Shown here: positions 49,301-61,300 of the stretch, one piece after another | Layout of the letters: every line of letters begins with the position of its first letter | How positions within the stretch are numbered: the first letter of the stretch is position 1 | Assembly (NCBI GenBank): GCA_032718475.1 | Contig: JAUCBJ010003249.1 | Coordinates: forward strand, 1-64,000 | DNA from: Nemertoderma westbladi | Lineage: Eukaryota > Animalia > Xenacoelomorpha | Reading direction: 5' to 3' | Length of the DNA: 64,000 nucleotides | The notes under the pieces: generated by a model | Databases searched by the model: none | What the model saw: only the letters and a program-made list of their open reading frames with translations | Told to the model about the DNA's origin: nothing | Translations under genes and position numbers: made by a program

Positions 49301-52300
49301 GTGATAAAGTACAGGTGGGTTGTATATGGAGTATCTCTATGGTGACAAAGTACAGGTGGGTTGTATATGGAGTATCTCTATGGTGACAAAGTACAGGTGG
49401 GTTGTATATGGAGTATCTCCATGGTGACAAAGTACAGGTGGGTTGTGTATGGAGTATCTCTATGGTGACAAAGTACAGTGGGTTGTATATGGAGTATCTC
49501 TATGGTGATAAAGTACAGGTGGGTTGTGTATGGAGTATCTCCATGGTGACAAAGTACAGGTGGGTTGTATATGGAGTATCTCTATGGTGATAAAGTACAG
49601 GTGGGTTGTGTATGGAGTATCTCTATGGTGACAAAGTACAGGTGGGTTGTATATGGAGTATCTCTCTCTATGGTGACAAAGTACAGGTGGGTTGTATATG
49701 GAGTATCTCTCTCTATGGTGACAAAGTACAGGTGGGTTGTATATGGAGTATCTCTATGGTGATAAAGTACAGTGGGTTGTATATGGAGTATCTCTATGGT
49801 GACAAAGTACAGGTGGGTTGTATATGGAGTATCTCTATGGTGACAAAGTACAGGTGGGTTGTATATGGAGTATCTCTATGGTGATAAAGTACAGGTGGGT
49901 TGTGTATGGAGTATCTCTATGGTGATAAAGTACAGGTGGGTTGTGTATGGAGTATCTCCTATGGTGACAAAGTACAGGTGGGTTGTATATGGAGTATCTC
50001 TATGGTGATAAAGTACAGGTGGGTTGTGTATGGAGTATCTCTATGGTGACAAAGTACAGGTGGGTTGTATATGGAGTATCTCTCTCTATGGTGACAAAGT
50101 ACAGGTGGGTTGTATATGGAGTATCTCTCTCTATGGTGACAAAGTACAGGTGGGTTGTATATGGAGTATCTCTCTATGGTGACAAAGTACAGGTGGGTTG
50201 TATATGGAGTATCTCTCTATGGTGACAAAGTACAGGTGGGTTGTGTATGGAGTATCTCTATGGTGATAAAGTACAGGTGGGTTGTGTATGGAGTATCTCC
50301 TATGGTGACAAAGTACAGGTGGGTTGTATATGGAGTATCTCTATGGTGATAAAGTACAGGTGGGTTGTGTATGGAGTATCTCTATGGTGACAAAGTACAG
50401 GTGGGTTGTATATGGAGTATCTCTCTCTATGGTGACAAAGTACAGGTGGGTTGTATATGGAGTATCTCTCTCTATGGTGACAAAGTACAGTGGGTTGTAT
50501 ATGGAGTATCTCTATGGTGATAAAGTACAGTGGGTTGTATATGGAGTATCTCTATGGTGACAAAGTACAGGTGGGTTGTATATGGAGTATCTCTATGGTG
50601 ACAAAGTACAGGTGGGTTGTATATGGAGTATCTCTATGGTGACAAAGTACAGGTGGGTTGTATATGGAGTATCTCTATGGTGACAAAGTACAGGTGGGTT
50701 GTATATGGAGTATCTCTATGGTGATAAAGTACAGTGGGTTGTATATGGAGTATCTCTATGGTGACAAAGTACAGGTGGGTTGTATATGGAGTATCTCTAT
50801 GGTGACAAAGTACAGGTGGGTTGTATATGGAGTATCTCTATGGTGACAAAGTACAGGTGGGTTGTATATGGAGTATCTCTATGGTGATAAAGTACAGGTG
50901 GGTTGTGTATGGAGTATCTCTATGGTGACAAAGTACAGGTGGGTTGTGTATGGAGTATCTCTATGGTGACAAAGTACAGGTGGGTTGTATATGGAGTATC
51001 TCTATGGTGATAAAGTACAGGTGGGTTGTGTATGGAGTATCTCTATGGTGACAAAGTACAGGTGGGTTGTATATGGAGTATCTCTATGGTGATAAAGTAC
51101 AGGTGGGTTGTGTATGGAGTATCTCTATGGTGATAAAGTACAGGTGGGTTGTATATGGAGTATCTCTATGGTGACAAAGTACAGGTGGGTTGTATATGGA
51201 GTATCTCTATGGTGACAAAGTACAGGTGGGTTGTGTATGGAGTATCTCTATGGTGATAAAGTACAGGTGGGTTGTATATGGAGTATCTCTATGGTGATAA
51301 AGTACAGGTGGGTTGTATATGGAGTATCTCTATGGTGACAAAGTACAGGTGGGTTGTATATGGAGTATCTCTATGGTGATAAAGTACAGGTGGGTTGTAT
51401 ATGGAGTATCTCTATGGTGATAAAGTACAGTGGGTTGTATATGGAGTATCTCTATGGTGATAAAGTACAGGTGGGTTGTATATGGAGTATCTCTATGGTG
51501 ACAAAGTACAGTGGGTTGTATATGGAGTATCTCTATGGTGATAAAGTACAGGTGGGTTGTATATGGAGTATCTCTATGGTGATAAAGTACAGGTGGGTTG
51601 TATATGGAGTATCTCTATGGTGACAAAGTACAGTGGGTTGTATATGGAGTATCTCTATGGTGACAAAGTACAGGTGGGTTGTATATGGAGTATCTCTATG
51701 GTGACAAAGTACAGGTGGGTTGTATATGGAGTATCTCTATGGTGACAAAGTACAGGTGGGTTGTGTATGGAGTATCTCTATGGTGATAAAGTACAGTGGG
51801 TTGTATATGGAGTATCTCTATGGTGACAAAGTACAGGTGGGTTGTATATGGAGTATCTCTATGGTGACAAAGTACAGGTGGGTTGTATATGGAGTATCTC
51901 TATGGTGACAAAGTACAGGTGGGTTGTGTATGGAGTATCTCTATGGTGACAAAGTACAGTGGGTTGTATATGGAGTATCTCTATGGTGACAAAGTACAGG
52001 TGGGTTGTATATGGAGTATCTCTATGGTGACAAAGTACAGGTGGGTTGTGTATGGAGTATCTCTATGGTGATAAAGTACAGGTGGGTTGTATATGGAGTA
52101 TCTCTATGGTGACAAAGTACAGGTGGGTTGTGTATGGAGTATCTCTATGGTGACAAAGTACAGGTGGGTTGTATATGGAGTATCTCTATGGTGACAAAGT
52201 ACAGGTGGGTTGTATATGGAGTATCTCTATGGTGACAAAGTACAGGTGGGTTGTATATGGAGTATCTCTATGGTGACAAAGTACAGGTGGGTTGTATATG

Positions 52301-55300
52301 GAGTATCTCTATGGTGACAAAGTACAGGTGGGTTGTGTATGGAGTATCTCTATGGTGACAAAGTACAGGTGGGTTGTATATGGAGTATCTCTATGGTGAC
52401 AAAGTACAGGTGGGTTGTATATGGAGTATCTCTATGGTGACAAAGTACAGGTGGGTTGTATATGGAGTATCTCTATGGTGACAAAGTACAGGTGGGTTGT
52501 ATATGGAGTATCTCTATGGTGACAAAGTACAGGTGGGTTGTGTATGGAGTATCTCTATGGTGACAAAGTACAGTGGGTTGTATATGGAGTATCTCTATGG
52601 TGACAAAGTACAGGTGGGTTGTATATGGAGTATCTCTATGGTGACAAAGTACAGGTGGGTTGTATATGGAGTATCTCTATGGTGACAAAGTACAGGTGGG
52701 TTGTATATGGAGTATCTCTATGGTGACAAAGTACAGGTGGGTTGTGTATGGAGTATCTCTATGGTGACAAAGTACAGGTGGGTTGTATATGGAGTATCTC
52801 TATGGTGACAAAGTACAGGTGGGTTGTATATGGAGTATCTCTATGGTGACAAAGTACAGGTGGGTTGTGTATGGAGTATCTCTATGGTGACAAAGTACAG
52901 GTGGGTTGTATATGGAGTATCTCTATGGTGACAAAGTACAGGTGGGTTGTATATGGAGTATCTCTATGGTGACAAAGTACAGGTGGGTTGTGTATGGAGT
53001 ATCTCTCTATGGTGACAAAGTACAGGTGGGTTGTATATGGAGTATCTCTATGGTGACAAAGTACAGGTGGGTTGTATATGGAGTATCTCTATGGTGACAA
53101 AGTACAGGTGGGTTGTATATGGAGTATCTCTATGGTGACAAAGTACAGGTGGGTTGTGTATGGAGTATCTCTATGGTGACAAAGTACAGGTGGGTTGTAT
53201 ATGGAGTATCTCTATGGTGACAAAGTACAGGTGGGTTGTATATGGAGTATCTTCTATGGTGACAAAGTACAGGTGGGTTGTATATGGAGTATCTCTATGG
53301 TGACAAAGTACAGGTGGGTTGTATATGGAGTATCTCTATGGTGACAAAGTACAGGTGGGTTGTGTATGGAGTATCTCTCTCTATGGTGACAAAGTACAGG
53401 TGGGTTGTATATGGAGTATCTCTATGGTGACAAAGTACAGGTGGGTTGTGTATGGAGTATCTCCTATGGTGACAAAGTACAGGTGGGTTGTATATGGAGT
53501 ATCTCTATGGTGACAAAGTACAGGTGGGTTGTATATGGAGTATCTCTCTCTATGGTGACAAAGTACAGGTGGGTTGTATATGGAGTATCTCTATGGTGAC
53601 AAAGTACAGGTGGGTTGTGTATGGAGTATCTCTATGGTGACAAAGTACAGGTGGGTTGTATATGGAGTATCTCTATGGTGACAAAGTACAGGTGGGTTGT
53701 ATATGGAGTATCTCTATGGTGACAAAGTACAGGTGGGTTGTATATGGAGTATCTCTATGGTGACAAAGTACAGGTGGGTTGTGTATGGAGTATCTCTCTC
53801 TATGGTGACAAAGTACAGGTGGGTTGTATATGGAGTATCTCTATGGTGACAAAGTACAGGTGGGTTGTATATGGAGTATCTCCTATGGTGACAAAGTACA
53901 GGTGGGTTGTATATGGAGTATCTCTATGGTGACAAAGTACAGGTGGGTTGTGTATGGAGTATCTCTCTCTATGGTGACAAAGTACAGGTGGGTTGTATAT
54001 GGAGTATCTCTATGGTGACAAAGTACAGGTGGGTTGTATATGGAGTATCTCTATGGTGACAAAGTACAGGTGGGTTGTGTATGGAGTATCTCTCTCTATG
54101 GTGACAAAGTACAGGTGGGTTGTATATGGAGTATCTCTATGGTGACAAAGTACAGGTGGGTTGTGTATGGAGTATCTCTCTCTATGGTGACAAAGTACAG
54201 GTGGGTTGTATATGGAGTATCTCTATGGTGACAAAGTACAGGTGGGTTGTATATGGAGTATCTCTATGGTGACAAAGTACAGGTGGGTTGTATATGGAGT
54301 ATCTCTATGGTGACAAAGTACAGGTGGGTTGTGTATGGAGTATCTCTCTCTATGGTGACAAAGTACAGGTGGGTTGTATATGGAGTATCTCTATGGTGAC
54401 AAAGTACAGGTGGGTTGTGTATGGAGTATCTCTCTCTATGGTGACAAAGTACAGGTGGGTTGTATATGGAGTATCTCTATGGTGACAAAGTACAGGTGGG
54501 TTGTGTATGGAGTATCTCTCTCTATGGTGACAAAGTACAGGTGGGTTGTATATGGAGTATCTCTATGGTGACAAAGTACAGGTGGGTTGTGTATGGAGTA
54601 TCTCTATGGTGACAAAGTACAGTGGGTTGTATATGGAGTATCTCTATGGTGACAAAGTACAGGTGGGTTGTGTATGGAGTATCTCTCTCTATGGTGACAA
54701 AGTACAGGTGGGTTGTATATGGAGTATCTCTATGGTGACAAAGTACAGGTGGGTTGTGTATGGAGTATCTCTCTCTATGGTGACAAAGTACAGGTGGGTT
54801 GTATATGGAGTATCTCTATGGTGACAAAGTACAGGTGGGTTGTATATGGAGTATCTCTATGGTGACAAAGTACAGGTGGGTTGTGTATGGAGTATCTCTC
54901 TCTATGGTGACAAAGTACAGGTGGGTTGTATATGGAGTATCTCTATGGTGACAAAGTACAGGTGGGTTGTATATGGAGTATCTCCTCTATGGTGACAAAG
55001 TACAGGTGGGTTGTATATGGAGTATCTCTATGGTGACAAAGTACAGGTGGGTTGTATATGGAGTATCTCTATGGTGACAAAGTACAGGTGGGTTGTATAT
55101 GGAGTATCTCTATGGTGACAAAGTACAGGTGGGTTGTGTATGGAGTATCTCTCTCTATGGTGACAAAGTACAGGTGGGTTGTATATGGAGTATCTCTATG
55201 GTGACAAAGTACAGGTGGGTTGTGTATGGAGTATCTCTCTCTATGGTGACAAAGTACAGGTGGGTTGTATATGGAGTATCTCTATGGTGACAAAGTACAG

Positions 55301-58300
55301 GTGGGTTGTGTATGGAGTATCTCTCTCTATGGTGACAAAGTACAGTGGGTTGTATATGGAGTATCTCTATGGTGACAAAGTACAGGTGGGTTGTATATGG
55401 AGTATCTCTATGGTGACAAAGTACAGGTGGGTTGTATATGGAGTATCTCTATGGTGACAAAGTACAGGTGGGTTGTGTATGGAGTATCTCTCTCTATGGT
55501 GACAAAGTACAGTGGGTTGTATATGGAGTATCTCTATGGTGACAAAGTACAGGTGGGTTGTATATGGAGTATCTCTATGGTGACAAAGTACAGGTGGGTT
55601 GTGTATGGAGTATCTCTCTCTATGGTGACAAAGTACAGGTGGGTTGTATATGGAGTATCTCTATGGTGACAAAGTACAGTGGGTTGTATATGGAGTATCT
55701 CTATGGTGACAAAGTACAGGTGGGTTGTGTATGGAGTATCTCTCTCTATGGTGACAAAGTACAGGTGGGTTGTATATGGAGTATCTCTATGGTGACAAAG
55801 TACAGGTGGGTTGTGTATGGAGTATCTCTCTCTATGGTGACAAAGTACAGGTGGGTTGTATATGGAGTATCTCTATGGTGACAAAGTACAGGTGGGTTGT
55901 ATATGGAGTATCTCTATGGTGACAAAGTACAGGTGGGTTGTGTATGGAGTATCTCTCTCTATGGTGACAAAGTACAGGTGGGTTGTATATGGAGTATCTC
56001 TATGGTGACAAAGTACAGGTGGGTTGTATATGGAGTATCTCTATGGTGACAAAGTACAGGTGGGTTGTGTATGGAGTATCTCTCTCTATGGTGACAAAGT
56101 ACAGGTGGGTTGTATATGGAGTATCTCTATGGTGACAAAGTACAGGTGGGTTGTATATGGAGTATCTCTATGGTGACAAAGTACAGGTGGGTTGTATATG
56201 GAGTATCTCTATGGTGACAAAGTACAGGTGGGTTGTGTATGGAGTATCTCTCTCTATGGTGACAAAGTACAGTGGGTTGTATATGGAGTATCTCTATGGT
56301 GACAAAGTACAGGTGGGTTGTATATGGAGTATCTCTATGGTGACAAAGTACAGGTGGGTTGTATATGGAGTATCTCTATGGTGACAAAGTACAGGTGGGT
56401 TGTGTATGGAGTATCTCTCTCTATGGTGACAAAGTACAGTGGGTTGTATATGGAGTATCTCTATGGTGACAAAGTACAGGTGGGTTGTATATGGAGTATC
56501 TCTATGGTGACAAAGTACAGGTGGGTTGTGTATGGAGTATCTCTCTCTATGGTGACAAAGTACAGGTGGGTTGTATATGGAGTATCTCTATGGTGACAAA
56601 GTACAGGTGGGTTGTGTATGGAGTATCTCTCTCTATGGTGACAAAGTACAGTGGGTTGTATATGGAGTATCTCTATGGTGACAAAGTACAGGTGGGTTGT
56701 ATATGGAGTATCTCTATGGTGACAAAGTACAGGTGGGTTGTGTATGGAGTATCTCTCTCTATGGTGACAAAGTACAGTGGGTTGTATATGGAGTATCTCT
56801 ATGGTGACAAAGTACAGGTGGGTTGTATATGGAGTATCTCTATGGTGACAAAGTACAGGTGGGTTGTGTATGGAGTATCTCTCTATGGTGACAAAGTACA
56901 GTGGGTTGTATATGGAGTATCTCTATGGTGACAAAGTACAGGTGGGTTGTATATGGAGTATCTCTATGGTGACAAAGTACAGGTGGGTTGTGTATGGAGT
57001 ATCTCTCTCTATGGTGACAAAGTACAGGTGGGTTGTATATGGAGTATCTCTATGGTGACAAAGTACAGGTGGGTTGTATATGGAGTATCTCTATGGTGAC
57101 AAAGTACAGGTGGGTTGTGTATGGAGTACCTCTCTATGGTGACAAAGTACAGGTGGGTTGTATATGGAGTATCTCTATGGTGACAAAGTACAGGTGGGTT
57201 GTGTATGGAGTATCTCTCTCTATGGTGACAAAGTACAGTGGGTTGTATATGGAGTATCTCTATGGTGACAAAGTACAGGTGGGTTGTATATGGAGTATCT
57301 CTATGGTGACAAAGTACAGGTGGGTTGTATATGGAGTATCTCTATGGTGACAAAGTACAGGTGGGTTGTGTATGGAGTATCTCTCTCTATGGTGACAAAG
57401 TACAGGTGGGTTGTATATGGAGTATCTCTATGGTGACAAAGTACAGGTGGGTTGTGTATGGAGTACTCTCTCTATGGTGACAAAGTACAGGTGGGTTGTA
57501 TATGGAGTATCTCTATGGTGACAAAGTACAGGTGGGTTGTGTATGGAGTATCTCTCTATGGTGACAAAGTACAGTGGGTTGTATATGGAGTATCTCTATG
57601 GTGACAAAGTACAGGTGGGTTGTATATGGAGTATCTCTATGGTGACAAAGTACAGGTGGGTTGTATATGGAGTATCTCCTCTATGGTGACAAAGTACAGT
57701 GGGTTGTATATGGAGTATCTCTATGGTGACAAAGTACAGGTGGGTTGTGTATGGAGTATCTCTCTATGGTGACAAAGTACAGGTGGGTTGTATATGGAGT
57801 ATCTCTATGGTGACAAAGTACAGGTGGGTTGTGTATGGAGTATCTCTCTCTATGGTGACAAAGTACAGGTGGGTTGTATATGGAGTATCTCTATGGTGAC
57901 AAAGTACAGGTGGGTTGTATATGGAGTACTCTCTCTATGGTGACAAAGTACAGGTGGGTTGTATATGGAGTATCTCTATGGTGACAAAGTACAGGTGGGT
58001 TGTATATGGAGTATCTCTATGGTGACAAAGTACAGGTGGGTTGTATATGGAGTATCTCTATGGTGACAAAGTACAGGTGGGTTGTATATGGAGTATCTCT
58101 ATGGTGACAAAGTACAGGTGGGTTGTATATGGAGTACTCTCTCTATGGTGACAAAGTACAGGTGGGTTGTATATGGAGTATCTCTATGGTGACAAAGTAC
58201 AGGTGGGTTGTATATGGAGTATCTCTATGGTGACAAAGTACAGGTGGGTTGTATATGGAGTATCTCTATGGTGACAAAGTACAGGTGGGTTGTGTATGGA

Positions 58301-61300
58301 GTATCTCTCTCTATGGTGACAAAGTACAGTGGGTTGTATATGGAGTATCTCTATGGTGACAAAGTACAGGTGGGTTGTGTATGGAGTACTCTCTCTATGG
58401 TGACAAAGTACAGGTGGGTTGTATATGGAGTATCTCTATGGTGACAAAGTACAGGTGGGTTGTGTATGGAGTATCTCTCTCTATGGTGACAAAGTACAGG
58501 TGGGTTGTATATGGAGTATCTCTATGGTGACAAAGTACAGGTGGGTTGTGTATGGAGTATCTCTCTCTATGGTGACAAAGTACAGGTGGGTTGTATATGG
58601 AGTATCTCTATGGTGACAAAGTACAGGTGGGTTGTATATGGAGTATCTCTATGGTGACAAAGTACAGGTGGGTTGTATATGGAGTATCTCTATGGTGACA
58701 AAGTACAGGTGGGTTGTGTATGGAGTATCTCTCTCTATGGTGACAAAGTACAGTGGGTTGTATATGGAGTATCTCTATGGTGACAAAGTACAGGTGGGTT
58801 GTATATGGAGTATCTCTATGGTGACAAAGTACAGGTGGGTTGTATATGGAGTATCTCTATGGTGACAAAGTACAGGTGGGTTGTATATGGAGTATCTCTA
58901 TGGTGACAAAGTACAGTGGGTTGTATATGGAGTATCTCTATGGTGACAAAGTACAGGTGGGTTGTATATGGAGTATCTCTATGGTGACAAAGTACAGGTG
59001 GGTTGTATATGGAGTATCTCTATGGTGACAAAGTACAGGTGGGTTGTATATGGAGTATCTCTATGGTGATAAAGTACAGTGGGTTGTATATGGAGTATCT
59101 CTCTCTATGGTGACAAAGTACAGGTGGGTTGTGTATGGAGTATCTCTATGGTGACAAAGTACAGGTGGGTTGTATATGGAGTATCTCTCTATGGTGACAA
59201 AGTACAGGTGGGTTGTGTATGGAGTATCTCTATGGTGATAAAGTACAGTGGGTTGTATATGGAGTATCTCTATGGTGACAAAGTACAGTGGGTTGTATAT
59301 GGAGTATCTCTATGGTGACAAAGTACAGGTGGGTTGTATATGGAGTATCTCTCTCTATGGTGACAAAGTACAGGTGGGTTGTGTATGGAGTATCTCTATG
59401 GTGACAAAGTACAGGTGGGTTGTATATGGAGTATCTCTATGGTGACAAAGTACAGGTGGGTTGTGTATGGAGTATCTCTCTCTATGGTGACAAAGTACAG
59501 GTGGGTTGTGTATGGAGTATCTCTATGGTGACAAAGTACAGGTGGGTTGTATATGGAGTATCTCTATGGTGACAAAGTACAGGTGGGTTGTGTATGGAGT
59601 ATCTCTATGGTGATAAAGTACAGGTGGGTTGTGTATGGAGTATCTCTATGGTGACAAAGTACAGGTGGGTTGTATATGGAGTATCTCTCTCTATGGTGAC
59701 AAAGTACAGGTGGGTTGTGTATGGAGTATCTCTATGGTGATAAAGTACAGTGGGTTGTATATGGAGTATCTCTATGGTGACAAAGTACAGGTGGGTTGTA
59801 TATGGAGTATCTCTCTCTATGGTGACAAAGTACAGGTGGGTTGTGTATGGAGTATCTCTATGGTGACAAAGTACAGGTGGGTTGTATATGGAGTATCTCT
59901 ATGGTGACAAAGTACAGGTGGGTTGTGTATGGAGTATCTCTATGGTGATAAAGTACAGGTGGGTTGTGTATGGAGTATCTCTATGGTGACAAAGTACAGG
60001 TGGGTTGTATATGGAGTATCTCCTCTATGGTGACAAAGTACAGGTGGGTTGTGTATGGAGTATCTCTATGGTGATAAAGTACAGGTGGGTTGTGTATGGA
60101 GTATCTCTATGGTGACAAAGTACAGTGGGTTGTATATGGAGTATCTCTATGGTGACAAAGTACAGGTGGGTTGTGTATGGAGTATCTCTATGGTGATAAA
60201 GTACAGTGGGTTGTATATGGAGTATCTCTATGGTGACAAAGTACAGGTGGGTTGTGTATGGAGTATCTCTATGGTGACAAAGTACAGGTGGGTTGTATAT
60301 GGAGTATCTCTATGGTGACAAAGTACAGGTGGGTTGTGTATGGAGTATCTCTCTCTATGGTGACAAAGTACAGGTGGGTTGTGTATGGAGTATCTCTATG
60401 GTGACAAAGTACAGGTGGGTTGTATATGGAGTATCTCTATGGTGACAAAGTACAGGTGGGTTGTGTATGGAGTATCTCTATGGTGATAAAGTACAGGTGG
60501 GTTGTGTATGGAGTATCTCTATGGTGACAAAGTACAGGTGGGTTGTATATGGAGTATCTCTCTCTATGGTGACAAAGTACAGTGGGTTGTATATGGAGTA
60601 TCTCTATGGTGATAAAGTACAGGTGGGTTGTATATGGAGTATCTCTATGGTGACAAAGTACAGGTGGGTTGTGTATGGAGTATCTCTATGGTGATAAAGT
60701 ACAGTGGGTTGTATATGGAGTATCTCTATGGTGATAAAGTACAGGTGGGTTGTATATGGAGTATCTCTATGGTGACAAAGTACAGGTGGGTTGTATATGG
60801 AGTATCTCCATGGTGACAAAGTACAGGTGGGTTGTATATGGAGTATCTCCATGGTGACAAAGTACAGGTGGGTTGTATATGGAGTATCTCTATGGTGATA
60901 AAGTACAGTGGGTTGTATATGGAGTATCTCTATGGTGATAAAGTACAGGTGGGTTGTATATGGAGTATCTCTATGGTGACAAAGTACAGGTGGGTTGTAT
61001 ATGGAGTATCTCCATGGTGACAAAGTACAGGTGGGTTGTGTATGGAGTATCTCTATGGTGATAAAGTACAGTGGGTTGTATATGGAGTATCTCTATGGTG
61101 ACAAAGTACAGGTGGGTTGTATATGGAGTATCTCTATGGTGACAAAGTACAGGTGGGTTGTATATGGAGTATCTCCATGGTGACAAAGTACAGGTGGGTT
61201 GTATATGGAGTATCTCTATGGTGACAAAGTACAGTGGGTTGTATATGGAGTATCTCTATGGTGACAAAGTACAGGTGGGTTGTATATGGAGTATCTCCAT